From IMG/VR virus record IMGVR_UViG_3300003690_000005: a DNA stretch of 20,000 nt. One strand, 5' to 3'. Under the pieces are notes generated by a model that had not been told where the DNA came from, searched no databases, and was given only the letters and a program-made list of their open reading frames with translations. Positions 8,032-16,932 of the stretch are shown in pieces (position 1 is the first letter of the stretch; every line of letters begins with the position of its first letter). The DNA comes from an uncultured virus (IMG/VR IMGVR_UViG_3300003690_000005) (taxonomy: Duplodnaviria > Heunggongvirae > Uroviricota > Caudoviricetes). The position numbers and the translations under genes were made by a program.

Positions 8032-8517
8032 ATGAACATTGTTGATGATGTGATTAACGAGTGTGCTCAGCCGTATGTAAACATGATAGATCTGTTGTTG
8101 GATATAAATACTGATATTTGGATTCTTCCGCGAGAACGTGTTTTTATAGATGCTTTAAATCAAAAATGTAAATCTATCCCTAATTGGTTTTCAAGTCGCG
8201 TACAGTCGTTGAAGCTAGAGAGAATTGCTTATGAACGGCTGAGTTCACTCAGAAACGCTTGTAGTATGCATGGAACATTTAATGATGGGGCGGTTGCTAC
8301 GTCCAAGCAGGAAGTGTTGCTGGACCGTTTAATTATGTTACCTGACGATAATAATAGACGAGATGTGAAAGTTATTGATACTATAGATAAAGAACGGTCT
8401 GAATATTGCCGTTCATTTAACCGCTGTATTGGTCAAAGCTCTGACGGGTGGATTCCAAAAGATGAACCGCAGTTTATAGAACTTTGTACTCGTTTGTTAC
8501 TTGATGAGGATGATTGA
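8032..8517 (+). CDS. Hypothetical protein
   Basis: AGGAG RBS; 161 aa. Confidence 0.75.
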   Translation: MNIVDDVINECAQPYVNMIDLLLDINTDIWILPRERVFIDALNQKCKSIPNWFSSRVQSLKLERIAYERLSSLRNACSMHGTFNDGAVATSKQEVLLDRLIMLPDDNNRRDVKVIDTIDKERSEYCRSFNRCIGQSSDGWIPKDEPQFIELCTRLLLDEDD

Positions 8518-8520
8518 ATT

Positions 8521-9033
8521 ATGAATCCAACAGGTCAAAATCAAGGTAAACTTGTCCGTTATCCAGATCCTATTTTACGTAAAAAATGTGCAAAAGTTGA
8601 AGATATGGGATTTGTGCAAGGTGCAGCACAAATTATGTTGATGCTTATAGGTCAAGCAAATGTTAAAGGGTTAGGGTTAGCTGCACCGCAAATGGGATTT
8701 GATTTAAGGTTTTTTGTTGTTAAGGATGGGGAGCAGAATGTCTTTATTAACCCAGAGATATTAGAAGCGAGTAAGAAAACAGAAGTTCAAGAAGAAGGAT
8801 GTCTTAGTATCCCATATGTTAAAGCACATGTTAATAGACATAAATCTATAAAAATAAAAGCGACAGATGGAGATGGGCAAGAATTTATTTTAGAAGCAGA
8901 AGATGATTCGGCTAGGGTTATACAACACGAGATGGATCATCTCAATGGAGTGCTTATTATTGATAAACTAACTCCTATGGACAAAGTGGCTCAGAAACAG
9001 GTGCTAAAGAGATACTATAATATTAAAACATAA
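8521..9033 (+). CDS. def: Peptide deformylase
   Basis: All three motifs present: GLGLAAPQ, EGCLS, QHEMDHLNG. Confidence 0.97.
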   Translation: MNPTGQNQGKLVRYPDPILRKKCAKVEDMGFVQGAAQIMLMLIGQANVKGLGLAAPQMGFDLRFFVVKDGEQNVFINPEILEASKKTEVQEEGCLSIPYVKAHVNRHKSIKIKATDGDGQEFILEAEDDSARVIQHEMDHLNGVLIIDKLTPMDKVAQKQVLKRYYNIKT

Positions 9034-9041
9034 GATATACT

Positions 9042-10532
9042 ATGATATCTCTCGAAAAACGTCTATTTTGGATTGACAAAGGCTATACTGTGCTTCTTGA
9101 GGGGAAAGCAGGCACAGGCAAGACTTCTATCACATTAGAGGCATTTGAGAAAGCAGGTCTAAAATATGCATATTTTTCAGGTTCAACATTAGATCCTTTT
9201 ATTGATTTCTGTGGTGTTCCTGTCAAAGTTGATGGTCCTAATGGCGCTGTTATAAAACTTATTCTTCCTGAACATATGAAGCCAGAAGAAATAGAAGCAA
9301 TATTTATTGATGAATATAATCGAACGCATAAAAAAGTGAGGAACGCTCTTCTTGAATTAATTCAATTCAAGACTATCAACGGCAGACCTTTTGGAAAACT
9401 AAGAGTCATCTGGGCTGCTATTAATCCTGCTCCTAAAGATGATGACGATATCGAAAACGCTTATGATGTTGAAAGACTAGATAAAGCGCAACAAGATAGA
9501 TTTATTATTCAGGTGTCATTGCCATACGAATGTAGTGAAGATTATTTTGTGAAAAAATATAATAATTCTTTAGCTAAATCTGCTATTCAATGGTGGAATG
9601 ATTTGCCAGAAAAGGTTAAGGATAGGGTATCTCCACGTCGTCTTGATTACGCTATACAGGTTTTTTGTGATGATGGGGACATTGTAGATGTGTTGCCCAG
9701 AGAATCTAATCCAGCAAGATTAAAATCTCTTTTAGGCACAGGTCCAGCAGAATTAAAATTGCAAAAGATGATGGATGAGGATGATGTAGAGGGATCGAAA
9801 TTCTTCTTAAAAGATCCCAATAATTATGATTATGCGATTCCTGTTATTTTGGAGAACACAAAGTTTCTGAAATTCTTTTTGCCCGTTTTAGAAAATGAAA
9901 GAATTTCATCTTTACTTAGCGACAAATGGAGTAAAATACGTCCAATTATATTTTCTGATCTTAAACGCAGTAAACAGGATTCCTGTTTTTTTGAGACATT
10001 GAAAGAAATATCAAAGGCTAATCAAAACAATAGATTAAGTAAAAAGATAGATGCAGAATTTGATAAGATTGACGGGTTGGTGGTTAAGAAGGATGCCGAT
10101 GGTGAAGACGTTAAAAGAATAGAATTCTGGTATAATGATGATGCTCCAGATAATTATGCAGAGAATTTAACAGAATTTGCTGTTAACGGAACGCCAGTGA
10201 TAAAAATCCATAATCTTTTATATAGAAACGCTGCTGTCAAAATGACTAAAACCGCAGCTTGGACGGCTTTAAAAATTATGAACACTAGAGTAACTGGTTT
10301 AAAATCGATGGAGCCGACGATTGTTGAACTATCTAATCATTTTATAATACAGCTTTTGTCTAATGGCGCTCAGCCCAGCAATATTGAGAGATCTATTGGT
10401 GTTGCTGCTTTTAGTGGAAAAGAGAGTTTGCTTGAAGTCAGAAAATCTTTAAATGCTCCCAGTGTTGTAGAGATCCAAAGGTTTGTTGATAATTCGTTTA
10501 TTAATGAGGGTGATAATCTGGCTACATGGTAG
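9042..10532 (+). CDS. MoxR-like AAA+ ATPase with C-terminal extension
   Basis: Walker A GKAGTGKT, Walker B IFIDEYNR, sensor AAINP, LDKAQQDRF, SPRRL. Confidence 0.88.
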   Translation: MISLEKRLFWIDKGYTVLLEGKAGTGKTSITLEAFEKAGLKYAYFSGSTLDPFIDFCGVPVKVDGPNGAVIKLILPEHMKPEEIEAIFIDEYNRTHKKVRNALLELIQFKTINGRPFGKLRVIWAAINPAPKDDDDIENAYDVERLDKAQQDRFIIQVSLPYECSEDYFVKKYNNSLAKSAIQWWNDLPEKVKDRVSPRRLDYAIQVFCDDGDIVDVLPRESNPARLKSLLGTGPAELKLQKMMDEDDVEGSKFFLKDPNNYDYAIPVILENTKFLKFFLPVLENERISSLLSDKWSKIRPIIFSDLKRSKQDSCFFETLKEISKANQNNRLSKKIDAEFDKIDGLVVKKDADGEDVKRIEFWYNDDAPDNYAENLTEFAVNGTPVIKIHNLLYRNAAVKMTKTAAWTALKIMNTRVTGLKSMEPTIVELSNHFIIQLLSNGAQPSNIERSIGVAAFSGKESLLEVRKSLNAPSVVEIQRFVDNSFINEGDNLATW

Positions 10533-11824
10533 TTCAAGAGTCTATATCTCGCAATGAATATTTTTCTGTAAGCAGAAAACTTGAACAGTATCACGCTGTC
10601 TTTTATAAATTGTGGGAATTAGGAAAGCCTATTTTCGATGACAGAATCCCTACAGCATCAGTTGCTTTTGATAAAAAAGGGAATTGGGTAGAGTTTAGAT
10701 TTAATCCTGATTTCTGGAGGAACATTAGTGAAACAAAAAGATGTTTTGTGATATGCCATGAATGTTTACATGTTATATTAAATCATGGTATTAGAATGAA
10801 AGATGCTGAAGGAGATCAGCATAGACTCAACCAGGCGCTTGATCTTGTTGTAAATCATATATTGCTTAGTAAATATGGATTTAAAAGGCAGGATATTGAT
10901 CCTGAAAATATATATTGTTGGGTTGATACAGTATTTCCAAATCAAAAAGTACCCGACAACCAATGTTTTGAATATTATTTTAACAGAATACCTGAAGGAA
11001 AGAATGAAAAGCTAGTTATCGTTGATATACATGATACTCTTGATGGATCTGAGTCAGGAGAAAGCATTAAAAGATTAAATCGTGAATTAACTGATGAAGA
11101 AAAAAATAAACTTAAAGATATGATTCAAAAACATTTCCAGAAAAAGAAAGAAGAGGAAGATAAGCAAGATTATAGTGAGAATGTTTTAGATGATTTGAAA
11201 GAAGTTCCTGCGGGTTCTGAAGCAGGAAATCTGTGGAATTTTGTGCCTGAAAAAGAGATTAAGAAAAAAGCAAAATGGGAATCAGTGATTATTAAGTGGA
11301 GTAGAAAGTTTCTTAGAGATGAATTTTATACTGTGTCTCACTGGTTAAGAGTAAACAGGCGTCTTACTGAAATGCCTGATGAAGTTGTTCTTCCCACAGA
11401 AATGGAAATGGAGGATAAACCAGATAAGGGTAAAGTGGATGTTTATTTTTTTATAGATGCATCTGGTTCTTGCGGTGCTTTTGCAGATCGTTTTTTCTAT
11501 GCTGCTGAGTCATTGCCGACTAGAAGATTTAATGTATCTTATTTTTGTTTTGATATTAGGGTTTATGAACTTGATATAAAAAAGAGGAAATTGTCTGGAT
11601 ATGGTGGAACAAGATTTGATATTCTTGAAAAGCAGATTCAGGATGATCTCCAGAACAAAAAGATCAAGAAATATCCTGATGGGATATTTGTGTTGACAGA
11701 TGGCATGGCTGGATCACTTGTCCCTGTTCATCCAGAGAGATGGAACTGGTTAATTACAGAGCATGGCAGCAAAAAAAGTATACCTAAAAAGTCAAAAATT
11801 TTCTCTTTGTCAGATTTTGAGTAA
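10526..11824 (+). CDS. HExxH metallopeptidase-like plus vWA domain protein (DUF2201-like)
   Basis: IPTA...FNPDFW...HECLH, acidic/charged linker, MIDAS DASGS, GGTRF, LTDG; overlaps the ATPase stop. Confidence 0.88.
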   Translation: MVVQESISRNEYFSVSRKLEQYHAVFYKLWELGKPIFDDRIPTASVAFDKKGNWVEFRFNPDFWRNISETKRCFVICHECLHVILNHGIRMKDAEGDQHRLNQALDLVVNHILLSKYGFKRQDIDPENIYCWVDTVFPNQKVPDNQCFEYYFNRIPEGKNEKLVIVDIHDTLDGSESGESIKRLNRELTDEEKNKLKDMIQKHFQKKKEEEDKQDYSENVLDDLKEVPAGSEAGNLWNFVPEKEIKKKAKWESVIIKWSRKFLRDEFYTVSHWLRVNRRLTEMPDEVVLPTEMEMEDKPDKGKVDVYFFIDASGSCGAFADRFFYAAESLPTRRFNVSYFCFDIRVYELDIKKRKLSGYGGTRFDILEKQIQDDLQNKKIKKYPDGIFVLTDGMAGSLVPVHPERWNWLITEHGSKKSIPKKSKIFSLSDFE

Positions 11825-11907
11825 AAGTTGAAATCTCCAGAATTTAATTATTGGAACCTTTATATGTAGATGAACCTTGATGTCCTCAACACAAAAAGGA
11901 AACAAAC

Positions 11908-12222
11908 ATGCCAAAAAGTCCAAAAAGTCCTAAAAAAGAATCCAATAAATTACCTGACGAAGAAAAACATCAATTGGTTGAAGATTTTCTGAAAACAGGG
12001 ACGGGCAGAAAATTGAGGTTGGCGACACTGATGCTTTCTATGGAGCCTAAAGATGATTGGAAGGTGGGTGATGCGGAGAAGCTACTTAATTCGGTGGACG
12101 GTACAGCAGATGCATCTGGTGTAGCGTCAGAAGATATACTTTATGCGATGTGTGATTTGAAATTAAAACAAGCAAATCCTAAACTTCCTGATTTGTTAAG
12201 TAAGTTGATGGATGATGTCTAA
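11908..12222 (+). CDS. Hypothetical protein with N-terminal PKSPKSPKK
   Basis: AAGGA RBS; 9-bp tandem CCAAAAAGT at the start. Confidence 0.75.
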   Translation: MPKSPKSPKKESNKLPDEEKHQLVEDFLKTGTGRKLRLATLMLSMEPKDDWKVGDAEKLLNSVDGTADASGVASEDILYAMCDLKLKQANPKLPDLLSKLMDDV

Positions 12223-12236
12223 ATCGACTAGAAAAT

Positions 12237-12284
12237 GCCCTATTAATCAAGCGGGATAGGTTGGTTCGACCCCAACATGGGGCT
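12237..12284 (+). pseudogene. Mini-tRNA remnant: acceptor stem plus T arm, anticodon arm absent
   Basis: GCCCTAT (12237-12243) pairs with ATGGGGC (12277-12283); perfect T arm GTTGG-TTCGACC-CCAAC; only 16 nt between them. Confidence 0.65.
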
Positions 12285-12302
12285 TTTTAAAGGTCTTTAA
12301 AA

Positions 12303-13046
12303 ATGGCAACAATAACAATATATCCTGACAAAATCATTCGTTCTGATAACTATGAAGATATCCAAGGCGAGTGGATTGATGATGAGAATTTTGCTCAATG
12401 TATGGGTGATTGCATCGAAATAGATAAAGATGTGACATTCGGCAGGTTCATGAATATATTGCGAGCAGCATCGGAATTATATCAGGTGTTTTTCAACACA
12501 GAGTTAGGCGGGTTCCCATTAGAAGCTTATTTAGATGACATGGATGCTCCTGTAGAGAAAGACGTAGAGCCAGAGAATACTAGTTGCATAATAAGATATG
12601 TACGAGTCTATTGGGATTGTGACATATGGGAACATAAGGGCGTTAATGACTTTTCATTAAATACTGGTTTCGATGGCTTCGGAGATATTGATGATAGTGA
12701 TTTTGGAAAATATCAAGGGGCGATAGCAATTGAGTTTACTCCACTATGTAGATTAAAAGATTTTCCATTAAGATTGGATACAAAATTCAACATAATGATT
12801 CATGTGTCAAATCAACGTGTTTTTCGTATACAAGAAACACAGAATGATTTTTTAGCAAGAGACGTTGTTGCTGCCGTATTAAATGAAATTTCTTTTTGCG
12901 GAATGCCTGACGACAGAGATATCAAAATAGAGGATTTAAAAGAAACAGTTCAAGACGTAAAAGACGGCAAGGTAGAATTAATTTCCTGGGAAGATGTAAA
13001 AAAAGAATTAGGAGAAGAATTCGATGGAAGCAAAGAATCAGAATAG
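12303..13046 (+). CDS. Hypothetical acidic protein
   Basis: 247-aa ORF with AAGGT RBS. Confidence 0.8.
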   Translation: MATITIYPDKIIRSDNYEDIQGEWIDDENFAQCMGDCIEIDKDVTFGRFMNILRAASELYQVFFNTELGGFPLEAYLDDMDAPVEKDVEPENTSCIIRYVRVYWDCDIWEHKGVNDFSLNTGFDGFGDIDDSDFGKYQGAIAIEFTPLCRLKDFPLRLDTKFNIMIHVSNQRVFRIQETQNDFLARDVVAAVLNEISFCGMPDDRDIKIEDLKETVQDVKDGKVELISWEDVKKELGEEFDGSKESE

Positions 13047-13134
13047 ACTTTGGGAAATAAAATCTCCAAAATGGACGGGTGATAATTTTGAGAAGTTAGA
13101 ACCTGATTTTATTTCGATTGAGTTTGATTTCCCG

Positions 13135-13163
13135 TTGACATTTACTTTTTTGATAAACATAAT
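13135..13163 (+). promoter_or_regulatory. Sigma70-type promoter
   Basis: TTGACA-17 nt-CATAAT in the intergenic region upstream of 13284. Confidence 0.6.
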
Positions 13164-13283
13164 AAAGTAATAATGTCGCATCATGACTAATTGATATTTT
13201 CGTCATTTCTTTTCTCGTTCCGATATAGTATAAAAGTGATTAATGTTGTTGTATGATAACATAGTTGCTATATTGGAGCCAAC

Positions 13284-13679
13284 ATGAAAATCAATGTTCC
13301 GTATCGTAAAGTGGATATTTATGAGAGCGATGATGGTCGTAGAGTTCAAGTGTACACCAAAAAAGGGGAATTGGAAACAGAATTTCCTGAAGGTGAAGAA
13401 CTTCCAGAGCAGTTAGACATTTCTACAGAAGAAGTTCTTTACATGGGATTATTGCAGTTGCAGTTTATTGATGGCAACCGCGATATCCCATTTGTGATTC
13501 CTGAAGCCACGTCTGTTGATGATGCTTTCCATAAGTTTAATGAAGTGGCACCTGGTATTATTAATGATATTTATGAAAAAGAAAAAGCATCAGACAATGG
13601 CATTATTCCTGCCTCAGAAGGTGATTTTACGACTATGGGTGAAGGTGGGATTGTTGTTCCAGATGGTTACAATGGTTAA
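13284..13679 (+). CDS. Hypothetical protein
   Basis: GGAG RBS; 131 aa. Confidence 0.8.
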   Translation: MKINVPYRKVDIYESDDGRRVQVYTKKGELETEFPEGEELPEQLDISTEEVLYMGLLQLQFIDGNRDIPFVIPEATSVDDAFHKFNEVAPGIINDIYEKEKASDNGIIPASEGDFTTMGEGGIVVPDGYNG

Positions 13680-14067
13680 TAAAAAACGACATTTGCTTGA
13701 ACAATTACTGAAAGTCACTAAGGAGTGGGATGCATATCATGTGGCATTAGAATCTGCTTTGGGGATGATGCGGATGAAATATACAATCTCAGATGAAGAA
13801 TTTGAAGAACTATCCAGTCAAGTGGGATTTGAATTTTATATTGATAAATTGATGGAGGTTTATGAGAGATATTTATCGGAAGAAGACTTAAAAGAATTAT
13901 TAGAATTTTATTCTACAAAAGTGGGTAGAAAGCTAGGCAATATGCAAATGCTTAATGAATTAGTAAAAGCTAATAAAAATTGGGCAATGCAAGTTGATTC
14001 TATCTTAGTGGCTAAGGGGACAAAACCTTCTGAAGGTAGCTTTACCAGAACGGAGAATTTGAAATGA
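13672..14067 (+). CDS. DUF2059-like protein
   Basis: YERYLSEEDLKELLEFYSTKVGRKL matches the DUF2059 pattern. Start moved to ATG 13672, overlapping the upstream stop. Confidence 0.72.
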   Translation: MVNKKRHLLEQLLKVTKEWDAYHVALESALGMMRMKYTISDEEFEELSSQVGFEFYIDKLMEVYERYLSEEDLKELLEFYSTKVGRKLGNMQMLNELVKANKNWAMQVDSILVAKGTKPSEGSFTRTENLK

Positions 14068-14462
14068 CACCGATGGCGAAAGAAAAAATTATTAATTATG
14101 TTCTTCCTAAGTTTAAAAATACTTTAACAGTTTGTTTGGATTATACTTATACTTTTGTTGCGTATTATGATAATGCAATGAAGTATAAACGGGTTCGCCA
14201 TAGAGCGAATTTATTGCTGGGTAGTGATCATGAAGATATCAGGTTTCAGATGGAAGAATTGCATAGAGATTGTATGGTTGGATTAAGAATGATAAATGTT
14301 GCTGAACAGAAAAGTAAATTTTTAACTAAAGATGTAGAGCGAATACGTAAGTTCTTTAATTTTCACGCTAAAAAAGTACGTGATTTATTTGTTAAGTCTG
14401 CTCGTCTTTCTGAACGATTTGGCACTATCTGTAGTTTAGGCATGTTTGAATCTAGTAATTGA
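14064..14462 (+). CDS. Hypothetical protein
   Basis: ATGA overlap with the upstream gene. Confidence 0.65.
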   Translation: MTPMAKEKIINYVLPKFKNTLTVCLDYTYTFVAYYDNAMKYKRVRHRANLLLGSDHEDIRFQMEELHRDCMVGLRMINVAEQKSKFLTKDVERIRKFFNFHAKKVRDLFVKSARLSERFGTICSLGMFESSN

Positions 14463-14557
14463 TCTTTATCCGTTAAAAATTTTTAGGTGGTTCAATTAAC
14501 TCCAGAAGTTTTATTGGCTCTTTAATCTGAGTAGTTCTCACACAAAGGAGTCTCAAA

Positions 14558-15376
14558 ATGCCTCGTATCGAAATGTTAATTATCGACCCTGAACTTGATT
14601 TCTGCCAACCTGGCGCTCCTCTTTTTGTGACAGGAGCAGACGGGGATATGAGTCGATTAGCTAAAATGGTGGGAAGGATTTATAAAGATCTGGATGATAT
14701 TCATATAACTCAAGATGCTCATCACTGGTTTGATGTGGGGCATCCTTGCTTTTGGCTGGATGGAAATTTTAAGCATCCAGATCCATTCCAGACTCTTTCA
14801 CCTGACGATCTAAAAACTTCTAAATGGCGTCCTGCTGTTTCTATTTTACAGCAAAAGATGTTGGATTATGTTACTGCTTTGGAGTCCGGTGGCAGGTATC
14901 CTTTATGGGTGTGGCCTCCACATTGTCTTATTGGTTCTCCAGGCGTAACAATTGTTCCTGACTTGTTTGCTGCCGTGGGTATGTGGGAAGCACATAAAAA
15001 AACTGCTTTTGTTGATTATGTCACAAAAGGCACAAATCCATACACGGAACATTATTCTGCCGTAAAAGCAGAAGTCCCTGACCCAGAAGATTCTTTAACA
15101 CAAATTAATACTCGATTTGTAGAAACATTAAAGGGAGCAGACATTATTTTAGCTGGTGGCGAAGCTGGGAATTTTTGTCTAGCCAACACATTACGAGATA
15201 TTGCCCATGAGTTTGGTGATGATTCGTTGGTTAGTAAAATCATATTGATTGAGGACGCGACAAGCCCTGTTGGTCCCAATGGGCAACAGGAACAAGATGA
15301 TTTTATCCATGAAATGGTTGGTCGTGGTATGCGAACAACTACAACTGATAAGTTTGATTCGAAAAAGGCTGCTTAA
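14558..15376 (+). CDS. Nicotinamidase/isochorismatase-family cysteine hydrolase
   Basis: LIIDPELDF (catalytic Asp), TQDAH and WPPHC (metal ligands), TKG (Lys), GEAGNFC (catalytic Cys); AAGGAG RBS. Confidence 0.9.
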   Translation: MPRIEMLIIDPELDFCQPGAPLFVTGADGDMSRLAKMVGRIYKDLDDIHITQDAHHWFDVGHPCFWLDGNFKHPDPFQTLSPDDLKTSKWRPAVSILQQKMLDYVTALESGGRYPLWVWPPHCLIGSPGVTIVPDLFAAVGMWEAHKKTAFVDYVTKGTNPYTEHYSAVKAEVPDPEDSLTQINTRFVETLKGADIILAGGEAGNFCLANTLRDIAHEFGDDSLVSKIILIEDATSPVGPNGQQEQDDFIHEMVGRGMRTTTTDKFDSKKAA

Positions 15377-15400
15377 CTTTAACTTTAAGGAGTTTACGCG

Positions 15401-16171
15401 ATGCCAGTTATTCAATCTCAAACCCTTCAGCAACACCAGTTGCCGACTGGTCAGTACGGATATTCAGCAGCGAAGATAGACGATTTAGGTGCCACTGAAT
15501 ATACATTAGTTACGATTGTAGTTGATGCAAGTTCAAGTGTTTCTGCGTTTAAGAAAGAGCTTGAACTAATGATTCAAAAGATTATTGAAGCTTGTAAGCG
15601 ACACCCTCGTGGTGATAATCTTATGGTTCGTCTTGTGCAGTTTGCTACTCAAAATGGGAGAGGTAAACAGAATATCCAAGAAATTCATGGATTTGAAATT
15701 CTTGAACAAATTGATATTGATAATTATGAGAATTGTGTAGATTTGGGGAGATTTACTCCATTATGTGATGGTGTAGAAAATGCTATTAGTTCTACATCAG
15801 ATTGGGCTGGAAAACTTGTTGATCAAGATTTTTCGGTTAATGGTGCTATCTATGTTATCACCGATGGGAGGGAGAATGCATCAGGGATTGTAGTTGATGA
15901 TGTAAAGAAGGCTTTGAAGAAAGCAATGATGGACGAAGATAATCCGCTTGAATCGTTGATTACTGTGCTGATAGGTGTTAATATCGAAGAGCCGCAAGTA
16001 AGTATGGCTTTAAATGAGTTCAAAGAGGATGCTGGGCTTACTCAGTTCATAGGACTTAAAGACGCTGAGCCTAAGACATTGGCTAAGCTAGGTGGTTTTA
16101 TTTCACATAGCATCAGTGCTACCAGAACTGCTTTGGGATCAGGCGCTCCGTCACAACCTTTAAAGATATGA
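15401..16171 (+). CDS. vWA domain protein (TerY-like)
   Basis: IVVDASSS MIDAS, TPLCD, VITDGREN; TAAGGAG RBS. Confidence 0.87.
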   Translation: MPVIQSQTLQQHQLPTGQYGYSAAKIDDLGATEYTLVTIVVDASSSVSAFKKELELMIQKIIEACKRHPRGDNLMVRLVQFATQNGRGKQNIQEIHGFEILEQIDIDNYENCVDLGRFTPLCDGVENAISSTSDWAGKLVDQDFSVNGAIYVITDGRENASGIVVDDVKKALKKAMMDEDNPLESLITVLIGVNIEEPQVSMALNEFKEDAGLTQFIGLKDAEPKTLAKLGGFISHSISATRTALGSGAPSQPLKI

Positions 16172-16178
16172 TAGTACC

Positions 16179-16280
16179 ATGTCCAATATTGTCACAGACT
16201 TCGCTTTTGCTATAGGTACTACACATTATGTGTGCGAGGATTATGCTCGTTGCTCTGATAATGCAGTAGCACTGTGTGAC
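16179..16280 (+). pseudogene. N-terminal fragment of a PP2C-like phosphatase
   Basis: FAIGTTHYVCEDYA...AVALCD resembles PP2C motifs 1-2 and breaks off where DG is expected. The remainder of the ORF to 16418 looks non-coding. Confidence 0.6.
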
Positions 16281-16352
16281 CCGGTGTGCTACAGAATGTT
16301 AACATGCCTGTATGTAAGTCAGGATGAATGTCTGTGGAATCTCTACCTTTAT

Positions 16353-16380
16353 GGTGGGGTAGTTCAATTGTTGAGAATCT
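16353..16380 (+). pseudogene. tRNA 5' fragment
   Basis: GGTGGGG-TA-GTTC-AATTGTTGA-GAAT gives an acceptor 5' strand plus D arm; no anticodon or T arm follows. Confidence 0.45.
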
Positions 16381-16446
16381 TGATAATAAGAATCCAGATA
16401 AATCTCAAAACTCTTTAGGGTAATAACTAGCAAAAAGGATTTCCTT

Positions 16447-16809
16447 ATGGAAACGACGCAGCAAATAGTCAAAGAGGGAAAAAGTAAAATTGTTGAATCA
16501 CAAAGGGTTGATATTGTTGATGTCCCGATTGACCAACAACCTCAACTTGCAGAGATGCAACACAAGGAAGTGCTAGAACAAAAAGAAGAGCCGCAACAAG
16601 AAGTCGCAGCTTCTCATTTTAACATTCTTGCGAGATCTGTTTGTAATATCGTATTATTAATTGGTTTTTTTATGTCGCTGTTTTTTGGTTTTTATCTGTA
16701 TCCAGAGACGAGGGAAGCAGCACAGGGTGTTGTAGATGCGATACAGGGTCAGCATGCAAAACCGAGTGTGCTTTTTAATGCATGGAGCAGCAAGCAAGCA
16801 AAAAGATAA
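16447..16809 (+). CDS. Hypothetical single-pass membrane protein
   Basis: Hydrophobic stretch IVLLIGFFMSLFFGFYLY; AAGGA RBS. Confidence 0.75.
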   Translation: METTQQIVKEGKSKIVESQRVDIVDVPIDQQPQLAEMQHKEVLEQKEEPQQEVAASHFNILARSVCNIVLLIGFFMSLFFGFYLYPETREAAQGVVDAIQGQHAKPSVLFNAWSSKQAKR

Positions 16810-16830
16810 TTTTTAACGACCCCCACCCTG

Positions 16831-16869
16831 GGCCAGTCTGATATATTCATATATTGGGCTGGCCTTTTT
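16831..16869 (+). terminator. Rho-independent terminator
   Basis: GGCCAGTCTGATATA-TTCA-TATATTGGGCTGGCC (15-bp stem with G-U pairs) followed by TTTTT. Confidence 0.8.
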
Positions 16870-16932
16870 CTGGTGACTAATATATCTGTATAATAATCTT
16901 TTCTAACAACTTCTTTTTAGAAAGGATTTAAA

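Noticed and set aside
13516..13671. Long N-terminal extension of the DUF2059-like ORF
   Set aside because: Overlaps the preceding gene out of frame; ATG 13672 gives normal coupling.
16280..16350. CCTG-TATGTAAGT-CAGG could be a decayed tRNA anticodon arm
   Set aside because: No convincing acceptor stem or T arm; too weak to call.
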